A stretch of DNA of 64,000 nt from a virus, in the IMG/VR virus record IMGVR_UViG_3300036939_000084, positions 33,261-97,260 of that record. The stretch is one strand, 5' to 3'. Shown here piece by piece: positions 8,308-18,905 of this stretch. The notes under the pieces were generated by a model that was given only the letters and a program-made list of their open reading frames with translations, searched no databases and was not told the DNA's origin. The position numbers and the translations under genes were made by a program. Positions within the stretch are counted from its first letter, which is position 1, and every line of letters starts with the position of its first letter.

Positions 8308-10370
8308 TACCCGTACTTCTTCCTTTCTCCACCGTAATCCCATCGTCTTCTGCGCCCTACGTCTATGTGGAATGTCCTGCCCGCCTCATTTAAACCACAC
8401 CCACCATTCCAGTTAGGTTCAATGGTTTTCAGAAAATAAGTAACGAAATTCACTTCAGGAGGGCGAACATCAGCTGCATTACCGTCTAAGTGTTCGCTGT
8501 TTGGTTTTCCTCTGGCAGCCCTATTAGACACAGGATCACGGTACCAGGAAATTATGTTCCACTTGCCTTTTCCAAGCTCTTTTGTTACTCGATCTAGTTG
8601 TTGGGCAAGTGCAATTATTCCTTTCATTATTTCTTTGCTTGGCACCCGAGTACCATTTTTTGTAGCATCTCCCCACGTATAAAGGCAGCCTGGGAATATC
8701 GGATCACCCATTTTCAGTGAGCCCCATTCTGGTACAGCGATTACCTTACCGGGGTCAGTGGGTGGATTGACAGGATTAACTACCGTCACTCCCACGCTTG
8801 CTTTTTCCTGAATATTGTATCCAGCCACGGTTGTTGCTCCAAGAGCTGATTGCATTTGCAGGGCAGTACGCCTAAAAATGACTGGGCGACCAATGAAGAT
8901 GGAGGGGTTTCCATAGTCAAGTACCACATTGCTGCTTGAGGCTTGATTGGCTGACATTTCACGGATTGTGTTAGCACGGGCGATAACCACATCTCCCCGT
9001 AAAGCCGCTTCTAAAGAGGCTACTCTCCCTTGAGACTGCTGAAGACTGACAATGCCTTCAGCTTTTGTGTCAAAGCTTGTGTTTTTTGCAAATTTCAAAT
9101 CCGAGCTTTTTAGGGTAAAAAGCTCAGCGGGGGTGGTAGCTGTTTTGTTCTTGGTGGAATTTAGTTGCATTTCTTGAAGGATGTCATTTCCATCAAGTGT
9201 TCGTGCTGGGCTAGTGGGCGCTGGTGTTGGTGTAGCAACCGGAGCAGGAGAGGTTATTGGTGTCGGCGTGGCAACCGGGGCAGGAGTTGTTGCTGCTGTC
9301 GGTTTAATGGGAGAGGTTGTGGTTTTTGGAGTGGTAGCCGAGGTAGTGGGTGTTGGTTTACCACCACTCCCTTCTCCCGGTTTAGTCGCTGCCGACACAG
9401 GACTAGTGGATAAAATTTCTGCCTTTACTTTGCCATGCCCTGCGGGGACTAGTCCAATCGCTTCCGCTGCTGAATAAGATAAGTCAATATCTCTTCCCGC
9501 AACAAATGGACCTCGGTCATTGACTCGTACCACTACAGACTTGTTGTTATAGGTAACCCTGATTTGTGTGCCAAATGGCAGCGTTTTATGAGCACAGGTT
9601 AATTTCTTGTAGTCAAATATCTCTCCGTTCGCTGTTTTGCGACCGTCAAAGTTATCGGTCTTTCCGTAAAATGATGCGCCCCAGGTGTGAGTTGATTTGA
9701 CTTGCGCTCCCGCAGTTGCAACACCTGCACTCGTATCTTCAACTTTGTTGGGACTGTCAGGGGTTTCGCCATTACTGGTGACAGTGGGTCCGGAATTCTG
9801 TTGAAGTGCGATCGCTGCATCAACTGCAACCACAATCGTTCCGTCAGGCGGAATCCTTCCGTACTTATAAATCTTGCCCCCCGAAAACTTGTTCACCCGA
9901 TACCCGTTGTTGAAGCCAATTTCAACCTCAACCGTTTGGGCATCTTTCAAGGATGCATAGATGGAGGCGTCGGGGTCATTAAGCACAAACCGGGCTTCGG
10001 AATGGCGACGGGTGTGCAGCCAAACATGGGGTGGATGTTGTTTAACCAGGATTTGCCCCTGGGAAGAGTCAAACACCTTGTCGTCAATCTTGACTCGGAA
10101 CTGCGCGACTAGTCGCTCATCAGCCCCTCTATCCTTTTTTTCTTCCTCTGTTCCTGGTAGCGGTTGAATTAAATTACTAGTAATAGTACTCACCTCAACC
10201 TTGTCGAAGCTAAGGGGCTTAACAGGGTTGGTGGTCTTAGCGAGGGGGGTTAGCTTTGCTGTTTTGCTGATATTCAGCGTAGAAGCATCTAGCTTGGAGG
10301 TATCAGCTGAGGTAAACAATAATGTCGGTTGGGATGATGCAATTTTCTTAGTGTTTGGTGTTTCTACCAT
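8304..10370 (-). CDS. Tail hub (GpD-like, N-terminal part) protein with an RlpA-like lytic transglycosylase and a C-terminal peptidase M15A domain
   Basis: RlpA: GASFYG..TANGEIFD..LTCAHKTLPFGT..VVVRVNDRGPFVAGRDIDLSYSAA; M15A: SWYRDP..N...SEHLDGNAADV...HIDVG; Pro/Thr linker. Confidence 0.75.
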   Translation of the reverse strand: MVETPNTKKIASSQPTLLFTSADTSKLDASTLNISKTAKLTPLAKTTNPVKPLSFDKVEVSTITSNLIQPLPGTEEEKKDRGADERLVAQFRVKIDDKVFDSSQGQILVKQHPPHVWLHTRRHSEARFVLNDPDASIYASLKDAQTVEVEIGFNNGYRVNKFSGGKIYKYGRIPPDGTIVVAVDAAIALQQNSGPTVTSNGETPDSPNKVEDTSAGVATAGAQVKSTHTWGASFYGKTDNFDGRKTANGEIFDYKKLTCAHKTLPFGTQIRVTYNNKSVVVRVNDRGPFVAGRDIDLSYSAAEAIGLVPAGHGKVKAEILSTSPVSAATKPGEGSGGKPTPTTSATTPKTTTSPIKPTAATTPAPVATPTPITSPAPVATPTPAPTSPARTLDGNDILQEMQLNSTKNKTATTPAELFTLKSSDLKFAKNTSFDTKAEGIVSLQQSQGRVASLEAALRGDVVIARANTIREMSANQASSSNVVLDYGNPSIFIGRPVIFRRTALQMQSALGATTVAGYNIQEKASVGVTVVNPVNPPTDPGKVIAVPEWGSLKMGDPIFPGCLYTWGDATKNGTRVPSKEIMKGIIALAQQLDRVTKELGKGKWNIISWYRDPVSNRAARGKPNSEHLDGNAADVRPPEVNFVTYFLKTIEPNWNGGCGLNEAGRTFHIDVGRRRRWDYGGERKKYGY

Positions 10371-10466
10371 TTTTAATAAAGAAAAACCTCGATTACGAAC
10401 CGAGGTTGCACTACTTTTACAAGCTTTATTATCTTATCGCTCTTGCTTGTAATAAAGGTTTAATAT

Positions 10467-10492
10467 AAAAAACCCGGACAAACCGGGTTTTT
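10467..10492. terminator. Bidirectional intrinsic terminator
   Basis: A run-cccgg-acaaa-ccggg-T run. Confidence 0.75.
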
Positions 10493-10497
10493 CGGTA

Positions 10498-10878
10498 CTA
10501 CTTGCTAGATATTGAATCTTTTAAAAGATTCGCCATCGTCTCGCAGTGAATGATCGTTACCTGTATTTGATGCAGCGACCCTGGTAGCTCTCCGTTCAAG
10601 CACTTGATCACTTCAGAAAGATCGTCAAACAAGTCATCTATACTTGCTTTCGCATTTTTTACGAACAACTCATGTTCTAAAATTTCTGCTTTGTCCGTGA
10701 GCTTCATGTACCGGGTCATATCTTGCAGGTCGCTGCACCAGCTATGGGCGATCGCCACGGTTTTGGCAAGCTTAAATACCGACCCTTTCTCTTTCCCTGT
10801 GGCTATCTCACTAGCAAGCCGAAGATTGATGATCAACTTGTCGGTTAGCCGTAAAGCTTCTTGGGTTAACGTTCTCAT
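10498..10878 (-). CDS. Hypothetical helical early-cassette protein
   Basis: ORF behind minus-strand promoter 10904. Confidence 0.65.
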   Translation of the reverse strand: MRTLTQEALRLTDKLIINLRLASEIATGKEKGSVFKLAKTVAIAHSWCSDLQDMTRYMKLTDKAEILEHELFVKNAKASIDDLFDDLSEVIKCLNGELPGSLHQIQVTIIHCETMANLLKDSISSK

Positions 10879-11083
10879 TGTTGTCTTTTGAGTTTACTTT
10901 ATTATTTTATCACATTAGGTCTATTAAAGGTTTAATACAGGCAGAAATCTTCCGTAGACAATAGTTGAATTTATTTTTGTGCGTTAAAATTAATACATAA
11001 ATTGGCGAGTTTGCCGGGTACTGGAAATACCCAACAAACTTGTTTCCGCCAATCGACCACAACCTAGTAGAGTAGGAGCAGTC

Positions 11084-11839
11084 ATGACTATTTTAAGTGC
11101 AAGTGTTGCATCTGTGTCTATTGGTGCAATAAAAATAGATGGATTGATGGATGAAAATGGGGACTTCTACATTGGAATACCCCAGATAGCAGCCCTCTTC
11201 GAGACATCCACCAATACCGCAGCAAGAGACTTCAAACGCTTGATGGGAGAGGATTTCAAGACATCCAAACTGAAGACCGAGTTTAACCGAAACACAACGC
11301 TAGGGATTCCTTTGCCGGAATTTGAGAAATTAGTAGCAAAACTTGATCGAAAAGGAAACAAAGCTGCTCAAGATTTTCGCGATGATCTGGTTTGTCTTTC
11401 TCTGCGTTAATTGTTTTCAGATGCTTTTGGCATTAAATTCGAGGAGCAGCAACGTCAGGAATTTCTCAAAACCCGCCAAGAAGGTAAGCAAGTTCGTTTA
11501 ACGCTAACTAACGCAATTGATTGGTATCTCAAGGAAGATGCCAAAAAAGATGAAAAGCACAGACGTTCTGCAAATTATGTTAACTTCATTTTTTCTAACT
11601 GCTCCGACCTGGTCAATCTTGGCTTGTTCGGTCGCAAGTCAAAGCGGTTGTGTGTTGATTTGAAGATTGAAGACCGCTCTCAACTCCGCGATTTCTTAAC
11701 GGCTGACGAACTGCGGTGGTTGTCAGAGATTGAGGATCTTGGGGCGAGACTTATCGTCTATCAAGGTTTTGAGCCGATGGATGCTGTTCGAGAAGCCGTC
11801 TCTCGTGTAGCAATTCCAAAGGTTGATCGAACTGCTTAA
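11084..11839 (+). pseudogene. Antirepressor-like DNA-binding protein interrupted by in-frame TAA at 11408-11410
   Basis: ORFs 11084..11410 and 11411..11839 are contiguous and in frame: DDLVCLSLR*LFSDAFGIKFE; strong SD (aggag). Confidence 0.7.
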
Positions 11840-11924
11840 TTTTCGCAAAACGCAAAAACCCCGGACTAGCCGGGGTTTTTAATGTCGTTAATCAAACTGC
11901 AATGAGTGTCGGAAGTATGTCACC

Positions 11925-12275
11925 TCATCCTTCGATTACCGAGAGCACATCTAAAGGCGCGATCGCCTTTAGCACCTCTAAGTGGAAGTTTGTTTCAGAC
12001 GAAGGAAACGTTCCGACGTAAGACACAATATTTGCGTTCTCATTACGAGGGTCATCTCCCATATACCGAGGACCACAAGGGTAGCCCAAGGCATCTATCG
12101 CAAGTTCTACGTCGATTTGAATCAATGACTCCTCATTATCTTTTTCGTAATCGACGAAGATAATAACTTCACCCTTTTTTGGATTTTCCAGTGGTGGACA
12201 AAGATGTCCTTGCTCTTTTGTCCAAACTATTGTTCCAGGTGTTTTCCAGTCATGAGCCGTTGCTTGTAAATTCAT
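11925..12275 (-). CDS. Hypothetical protein
   Basis: ORF directly downstream of 12285..12692 on the same strand. Confidence 0.65.
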   Translation of the reverse strand: MNLQATAHDWKTPGTIVWTKEQGHLCPPLENPKKGEVIIFVDYEKDNEESLIQIDVELAIDALGYPCGPRYMGDDPRNENANIVSYVGTFPSSETNFHLEVLKAIAPLDVLSVIEG

Positions 12276-12284
12276 CGCATTCTC

Positions 12285-12692
12285 CTAATAAAAAACGCAT
12301 TCCCACTGATTGCCTAAGTAGTGGCGCACCTCTTGCAAAGTACGTCCTTTAGCTATGGCTCTGCACCGTTCTGTCGCCTTTTTGCGAGTACCCGCAATTA
12401 CTGTTTCTGATTGCGGATCTGCCATTCGCTCCATTTCTCTTTCTGGATCTTGTAGCATTCTTAAGACGTTACCCGCAGCATCTGCCGCCAATTTCTTGCC
12501 TCCTTGAAATTCCCAGACATAGTACAAGCCGCCAGCAATAACGACCGTACCTACCAGAACGCAACCTGCGCCTGTCGCACATAATGCGGGGGCTAAACCT
12601 GCTGGGTTGCTTTGTGCTGGTCTTACTGGAGTCCCAATTGCAAATGAACCTGCCAGCATTACTGCTAGCACTTTTCGGTTAAAATTAGGCAT
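12285..12692 (-). CDS. Secreted/membrane protein (signal peptide plus hydrophobic segment)
   Basis: MPNFNRKVLAVMLAGSFAIG..AQS leader; GGAG SD; promoter 12773. Confidence 0.7.
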   Translation of the reverse strand: MPNFNRKVLAVMLAGSFAIGTPVRPAQSNPAGLAPALCATGAGCVLVGTVVIAGGLYYVWEFQGGKKLAADAAGNVLRMLQDPEREMERMADPQSETVIAGTRKKATERCRAIAKGRTLQEVRHYLGNQWECVFY

Positions 12693-13000
12693 AATACTCC
12701 TTCGTGAGTGTTGAGCGATCACGTTGATTTTCCAGATCCGGCGTGATTGCTCTCGAATTTGTTTGCATTTTTATTTTATCACATAAATAGTAGAATTTAA
12801 TAGTAAATAAACATCAAATAGCGACGCGAGTTTTTTATTAAACCTTTAATATAAGCAACTCCTAATCTTAGGGATAAACCGGAATTTTCCCCAATGCTAA
12901 AATTCCGATAAGAAAATCAAAACTGTAGGATTCGGCACGCGCCACCCCCTTTTAAGGAGGTGGTCTATTTTTTGCAGCTATCTTAATTAGGAGGTTTCCT

Positions 13001-14305
13001 ATGTCTGAAATGTACAAGAGTTTGCGATTCCGTAATGTCAATACCGTTACGGGACTTCGCACACCAGCCGTTGATACTGATGCTTTCCGACTAGTTGACT
13101 TCCGGGAAGGCGCAACTAACATCACAAACCAATTCCAAAATGCTGACGCCGCAGAGGCTCAAGCTCGTGAGGATGGTGACGCGACCTTGCAGAATAGCCT
13201 GAATACTGCGATCGCGCAATTGGAAGCTGCCTACCAAGCTGCCGACACCGCAGAAGCTCAGGCACGACAAGCTGATATTCAATCTCTAGTTTCTGGTTTC
13301 ACTCCTAAAGATCCAGTATTTACAATTCTCAATGCACCTGTTGCTTTATCAGGTCTAACCGTTAATACCCCATCGTTTAATGGCAGCATTCCGGCAGGTA
13401 GCCGTGTTTTAGTTATTGGTCAAGGGGGAGACGCGGCAACGGCTGATGTTGCTAACGGCATCTATATTGCGGCTAATGGAGCATGGAGTCGTTCTACAGA
13501 TGCTGATGAAGGCGATGAACTAGTTCGGTCAATTCTAGTTCCAGTCGAGAATGGCACAGATGCGTTTCGCAACACCATTTACTTCCTAGCTGAACCAGCG
13601 ATTTTCCGGGATACGGTTATCGGTACTACCGCTCTTCGTTTTTCGCGCTGGCTAGGAACTGAGAATGTCCGCGCCGACGAAACAACAATTCATCGGGAAG
13701 GTAACGTCTTCTCTACTATTCTCAATGCCACCCAACTAATAGCAGGTGCAAGCGGAATTGAATTAGCCCCAGCATTTATCGCTCAACTGCGCGACTTAGG
13801 TCAAGCCACTGGCTTGCTGAGCACAGATCAGATTCGAGACTTGATGGCTTACATCACCGCCATCACTCTAAACAGTTTTGCCGCGCCAACCGCACCAGTA
13901 GCCTACGCCAACCAGCGTATTACTAATCTTGCTGACCCTACAGCGCCTCAAGATGGCGTCAATCAGCGAACATTGACAGCAGCCGTTGATTCTCTTAATG
14001 GTGCAATTAACAACCTCAATCAAACCCTTACCGCATCTATCCAGGCGCAAGAAGATAAGGACGGTTACTACCCTCTATCTGGCGGGGATATCGTAGATGG
14101 CGATCTTGTTGTAACAGTCAACCACAACAAGAACTCTTTCAAGATCATGAAGGAGGTTATTGATGCAACGAATGGCGAAACTATAGACACCGATTTTGTT
14201 CGGATTATGAACAACGGTGCAAACGAGTGCCGAGTAATTTTTAGAGGACATACGACCATCGCAGCAGGTCAATTTGCACTGATGGTGCATCGCGTTGCTT
14301 CCTAA
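13001..14305 (+). CDS. Tail fibre / virion structural protein
   Basis: 'NGIYIAANGAWSRSTDAD' and 'QRITNLADPTAPQDGVN' motifs typical of phage fibres. Confidence 0.75.
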   Translation: MSEMYKSLRFRNVNTVTGLRTPAVDTDAFRLVDFREGATNITNQFQNADAAEAQAREDGDATLQNSLNTAIAQLEAAYQAADTAEAQARQADIQSLVSGFTPKDPVFTILNAPVALSGLTVNTPSFNGSIPAGSRVLVIGQGGDAATADVANGIYIAANGAWSRSTDADEGDELVRSILVPVENGTDAFRNTIYFLAEPAIFRDTVIGTTALRFSRWLGTENVRADETTIHREGNVFSTILNATQLIAGASGIELAPAFIAQLRDLGQATGLLSTDQIRDLMAYITAITLNSFAAPTAPVAYANQRITNLADPTAPQDGVNQRTLTAAVDSLNGAINNLNQTLTASIQAQEDKDGYYPLSGGDIVDGDLVVTVNHNKNSFKIMKEVIDATNGETIDTDFVRIMNNGANECRVIFRGHTTIAAGQFALMVHRVAS

Positions 14306-14378
14306 TTCAATATGAAGAATGCCATCGGTGAAGAGTCGGTGGCATTCTTCACTTTCACCTTAATGTCGGTAGGTTTTC

Positions 14379-15383
14379 GTGGCTCAAACAATTCAGTTTA
14401 AACGCTCGCCTGGAACAACCCCTCCTGCAACCCTTGCACCCGGTGAACCAGCCTGGTTAGACGGTAATAATACCTTGTATATAGGTAAAGTTAGTGGCGG
14501 AATTCAGGCGATCGCAGGCGACAACACTGGTTACATAAAAGGAAATCAGAATATAAACTTTACAGGAGATGTCACAGGTTCTGGTACTACGGCAGTCGCC
14601 TTAACTCTGCCGACCTTACCAGGGCTATCTGTGGGTACCTACTCCAAGGTGACTGTTAACGTGAAAGGGCAGGTGACAGCAGGAGCAAATCTAACTGCTT
14701 CAGACATTCCTGCTGTGCCAATTAGTAATATAACTGGACTCCAAGCCGCGTTAGACAGTAAACCAACTTTGGTTAATGGGGTTCTTCCGACCAGCGTCTT
14801 GCCTGCCATATCAATATCAGATACGTTCGTCGTTGCTTCTCAGACCGCCATGCTTGCCCTCACTGCACAGCGAGGTGATTTTGCAGTTCGGACTGATATT
14901 TTAGAAAACTTTATTCTTCAAGGTAACGATCCAACGCGATTAGATAACTGGGTTCAGTTAGTACATCCAACTGCCGCAGCGGGTGGGGTTCAAACCGTTA
15001 ACAGTTTGACAGGTCCAAATGTTACCCTTGCAGCAAGCAACATCCCCTTTACTCCGACCGGAGGTGTAACCAGTAACAACACTCAGTCTGCGATTACTGA
15101 GTTAGATACCAAGAAACTCTCCGCCAACCAGACTATTGCTTTTACAGGAGATGCCACGGGTTCAGGGACAACGGCAGTTTCTCTAACCCTAGCAACCATA
15201 CAAGGTCTGTCTGCGGGCAGCTATTCCAAGGTAACGGTTAACACAAAAGGGCAGGTAACAGCAGGAACAAGTCTCGTTGCTACAGATATTCCTGCTATTA
15301 CTATCTCTCAAGTAACTGGACTCCAAACTGCTCTCGATGCCAAGCTCAATGCGACAGCCGTAATTGATGGAGGGACGTTCTGA
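14379..15383 (+). CDS. Tail fibre protein with Mtd-N-like N-terminus and two internal repeats
   Basis: IQFKR..LAPGEP N-terminus; two copies of FTGD(V/A)TGSGTTAV..YSKVTVN.KGQVTAG..DIP..ITGLQ.ALD.K. Confidence 0.75.
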   Translation: MAQTIQFKRSPGTTPPATLAPGEPAWLDGNNTLYIGKVSGGIQAIAGDNTGYIKGNQNINFTGDVTGSGTTAVALTLPTLPGLSVGTYSKVTVNVKGQVTAGANLTASDIPAVPISNITGLQAALDSKPTLVNGVLPTSVLPAISISDTFVVASQTAMLALTAQRGDFAVRTDILENFILQGNDPTRLDNWVQLVHPTAAAGGVQTVNSLTGPNVTLAASNIPFTPTGGVTSNNTQSAITELDTKKLSANQTIAFTGDATGSGTTAVSLTLATIQGLSAGSYSKVTVNTKGQVTAGTSLVATDIPAITISQVTGLQTALDAKLNATAVIDGGTF

Positions 15384-17113
15384 TGCCGGATATCCGTTTA
15401 AAACGTTCCACTGGTAGCACGGCCCCTGCGAGTTTGAGCCCTGGTGAGCCAGCTTGGGTAGACGGAACTAAAACTCTCTATATCGGAAAAACGGGTGGTG
15501 GTGTTGAAGCAATCGCTGGAGATGGGGCTGGGTATGTCAAGACTAGCAACCTCTGGGTGAATGCTCGTAACTTCGGTACTAAGGGAGATCTGGTCACTTC
15601 CAGGGTTGATCATCAAACTCAAGCTTACATCTCAGGTTCCGACGACACTGCTGCATTGCAAGCTGCTCTTAACTATGCTGGATCACTGGTAAGCTCGGAT
15701 TTAACTTTAGAGTTTGAAGGCAATGTAGTTTGTTATGTACCTTTTGGAATTACAGGCAAGTATCGGCTTACAGCTCAACTTAAGATCCCGCCCAACGTTA
15801 TTTTTCATTGCGAAGGGTTTATTTATAATTTTTTGAGTGACCCTCATCAACCGATGATTTGGGGCGATCGCCACTCGCACTGTAGAAAACTTCAGGTACA
15901 CTGCAATGGTAAAGCTGGGGTTGACTGGGGAAGAGTTGGTAGTGATCCTTGTGCTTCAAACCTGGAATCTCTTGTAATTTGGAACGTCGGGGTGGACTTC
16001 AACCCTTCTGAACCTACAAATCGCCAAAAATGTGGATTAAGACTATACGGTTTAGACTTTCGTATTGGTCATGTTTGGGTCAAGGGTGGCAACATCGGTA
16101 TACACGGCTCTGGGGCTTCCGATGTTCTGAGTGCTAACCTCTTTTTAATCGGCTGCGCCAACGGGATGCAGCTTCAAAACGGCGAACAGTGGAGTTGCCC
16201 ATCAATTTGTATTGATACTAATATAACTAGCGGTATCAATATAGATAACTGCAACAATATTGAGTTGAAAGCTAGGGCATTCATTGATAGCGATACCTAC
16301 GGTACCCCGATGCAGTATGGTGTTGTTATCGGTCGCTATACGGGTTCTCGGTTAAATACCAATATTGAAATCGAGTACGCTGCTCAATCTACGGGCGGAT
16401 ATGGAATAGAGGTTGGTAAGGTTGAAAGCTTTAAAGGCAAATTTTATTTAACTAATTCCCGAACGTATTCGCAGAATGGCACAGGGGCAACCAGTCATTG
16501 GACGCCAACAAGTACAGGAGCTTTACTTCCTCACGATATTGGGCGTTTCTATTACTTAAACAATGGTGTTCCAGCAGAAAATGCAGCAGCGGCGGTAAAA
16601 TATACAGGAAACTATGGGCGGTATGTCGATATCGACGTTTACCTGGATGATGGTATTCCGCTTTCTGAAGGAACGATTTATGGACAATTGCGTGGTCATT
16701 TTCCCTCATCAACAGTTAAATATCCAATAGATGGCAACACCAGCCCTGGGCAAGTAACGGCGACAGCAAGCGAGGCTATCACCGCTAATTCCTTGGTTAA
16801 TATTGTCGCGAACGGTCAGATTCGGAATGCTAGTGCAAGTGCAGGTATTCCCGCAGACGGATTTGTTCGAGTAACTGTTGCCAGTGGTCAACAGACGATC
16901 GTTTATCTACTTACTGGAATAGTATTTACTCCGCTAGTAGAAGCAAATACAGTACTGACTGCGGGAGCAGATTATTTTCTGTCTACAGTAAATGGAAGGA
17001 TCTCAGCCAGTACCGTTGATCAAAACAGTGGGTACCTGCATCAACGTATCGGAAAGGCTATTAATTCTACTACTTTAATATTCCGCCCAAGCGATTCAAT
17101 TTTGAAGAGTTGA
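15383..17113 (+). CDS. Tail spike with Mtd-N-like N-terminus, pectate-lyase-like beta-helix and C-terminal cement-like domain
   Basis: VNARNFGTKGD..DDTAALQAALN; C-terminal ASEAITAN..GADYFLS..QRIGKA. Confidence 0.7.
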   Translation: MPDIRLKRSTGSTAPASLSPGEPAWVDGTKTLYIGKTGGGVEAIAGDGAGYVKTSNLWVNARNFGTKGDLVTSRVDHQTQAYISGSDDTAALQAALNYAGSLVSSDLTLEFEGNVVCYVPFGITGKYRLTAQLKIPPNVIFHCEGFIYNFLSDPHQPMIWGDRHSHCRKLQVHCNGKAGVDWGRVGSDPCASNLESLVIWNVGVDFNPSEPTNRQKCGLRLYGLDFRIGHVWVKGGNIGIHGSGASDVLSANLFLIGCANGMQLQNGEQWSCPSICIDTNITSGINIDNCNNIELKARAFIDSDTYGTPMQYGVVIGRYTGSRLNTNIEIEYAAQSTGGYGIEVGKVESFKGKFYLTNSRTYSQNGTGATSHWTPTSTGALLPHDIGRFYYLNNGVPAENAAAAVKYTGNYGRYVDIDVYLDDGIPLSEGTIYGQLRGHFPSSTVKYPIDGNTSPGQVTATASEAITANSLVNIVANGQIRNASASAGIPADGFVRVTVASGQQTIVYLLTGIVFTPLVEANTVLTAGADYFLSTVNGRISASTVDQNSGYLHQRIGKAINSTTLIFRPSDSILKS

Positions 17114-17152
17114 TACACTAATTTAGGTAAATTTGTAGGAATGTATTGAGGT

Positions 17153-18169
17153 ATGCAAAAGGTATTGAGCCTTGCTAGAGCGGGAATATCAGAACTTTTC
17201 CAGCCTATTGGAATGAAGAATCTGATTATCAATGGTAATTTCGATATTTGGCAGCGGGGAACATCTTTTGCTGCTGCTACTGGATACACAGCAGATCGTT
17301 TTTCTATCTCCAAGGTTGGGACGACTGTCGGGACCGTTAGTCAGGAAGCGGATTCGCCAGGTTCTCTTTCGCCCGTTTATAGCGGCTATTGTTTGAGGCA
17401 TAGAGTTACGACAGCTCAAGCGACTCTTAGAACCTCCGATGTCTATCGTCTCCGTTATACCGTTGAGGGCTACCACACCCGTTTGATATTTGGACAACCT
17501 TTCACTTTGTCATTTTGGGTTAAGGCGACGATGCCTGGTATTTACTGTGTTTCATTTAGGAATACAGATAGCACCTACTCTTATGTCGATGAGTTTTCGG
17601 TCAATGCTGCAAACACCTGGGAAAAGAAAATAATCATTGTTCCCGCACCACCACTTGGTATTGCCTGGGATTATGAAAGTGGGGTTGGCTTAAGAGTCTC
17701 TTGGGCTTTAGCAGCGGGAACAACCCATCAAACCACTCCAAAGGGTTGGAGAGCAGGTAACTTTTCTGGAACTAGCAAGCAAATCAATGCTGTTGCTGCT
17801 GTAAACAATGATTTTTCCATAAGCCAGGTGCAGTTAGAGCCCGGTATTGTTGCTACAGAGTTTGAACAAAGATCTTTTGATCAAGAATTTAATTTATGTA
17901 GACGATATTATCTGCGTATGGTACTGACTGCGACCGGATACGCCCCAACTGCTGATAGTACTCTATACTTCCCTTTGATTATTTCCCAGGCGATGAGAGT
18001 AACCCCATCCTTCTCTTTGGTAGGTGGAACTGAAAGAAGTAATGTATATGACGCGGTTACGATCGCCTACGATTATCCAAACTCAACAGCCTATCTAGGC
18101 TTAGCCCCAGAGGGGGAAGGAATGGTTTCCTTAACTAATGAAGTATGGGAAGGTAATTCGGAGTATTAG
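17153..18169 (+). CDS. Tail fibre with carbohydrate-binding-like module
   Basis: KNLIINGNFDIWQRGTSF and QVQLEPGIVATEFEQRS..EFNLCRRYY motifs; start may be ATG 17212. Confidence 0.75.
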   Translation: MQKVLSLARAGISELFQPIGMKNLIINGNFDIWQRGTSFAAATGYTADRFSISKVGTTVGTVSQEADSPGSLSPVYSGYCLRHRVTTAQATLRTSDVYRLRYTVEGYHTRLIFGQPFTLSFWVKATMPGIYCVSFRNTDSTYSYVDEFSVNAANTWEKKIIIVPAPPLGIAWDYESGVGLRVSWALAAGTTHQTTPKGWRAGNFSGTSKQINAVAAVNNDFSISQVQLEPGIVATEFEQRSFDQEFNLCRRYYLRMVLTATGYAPTADSTLYFPLIISQAMRVTPSFSLVGGTERSNVYDAVTIAYDYPNSTAYLGLAPEGEGMVSLTNEVWEGNSEY

Positions 18170-18209
18170 TATAGTTTCTTCTCTGTCGCAGACACATTAA
18201 ACCTTTAAT

Positions 18210-18905
18210 ATGAATATGTTTATCAGTAATTTAGGAAATTCCAAGGCTGGCGTCATTGACACTATTAAAACAGCTGAGAGAATTCATTGGACTCTTGGTC
18301 TTAAGCAGGCAGAGAATACGGTATTTGCTCAATCAGCCACCTTGCGATCTAATATATGGAACAATCGCAAGCTTGGTCGTGATGTTTGTCTAAAACGAGA
18401 AAAAGTTTCTTGGCTAAAAAAAATTTGGTATTTTTGCAGATTCATACCCATCCTAGGAAATTCTATTCGCAATAACATAGAAACGCTGCTTGATGAAATT
18501 GCGGCATGGGAGGAAGGCGATTTAGTTCGTGAGTCACTTTTTAGAGATTGTGCTTACGAACTTAAAATTGCTCAAGAAGAATTACACAGAATATTGCAAG
18601 AGCATCCTGAGATTGAATCTCTAAGTTACGAAGAACTTCAAGAGTATTCCCTGGTTGCCTTGAAAGAGAAAAAATTGAGTTATCTTTTCCCCCGCTACTG
18701 GTCGGCAAAGAACGGCTTGCCAGAAACAGTAGGGGTAACACTATTTGAAGTAAGTGATGATGAGCGTGATTATCTGATTACTCGCATTGCTCAAAAAATG
18801 TATAATCTTCCAGCGACTGAGGAGACGATAAGATTGGCTGGGATATTTTCTCAGTTACCGCCTCACGAAAAAGAAATTTTACTTCAAAATACTAAGGCAG
18901 GTTAG
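18210..18905 (+). CDS. Helical/coiled-coil virion-associated hypothetical protein
   Basis: The ATG overlaps palindrome 18195; operon context. Confidence 0.65.
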   Translation: MNMFISNLGNSKAGVIDTIKTAERIHWTLGLKQAENTVFAQSATLRSNIWNNRKLGRDVCLKREKVSWLKKIWYFCRFIPILGNSIRNNIETLLDEIAAWEEGDLVRESLFRDCAYELKIAQEELHRILQEHPEIESLSYEELQEYSLVALKEKKLSYLFPRYWSAKNGLPETVGVTLFEVSDDERDYLITRIAQKMYNLPATEETIRLAGIFSQLPPHEKEILLQNTKAG

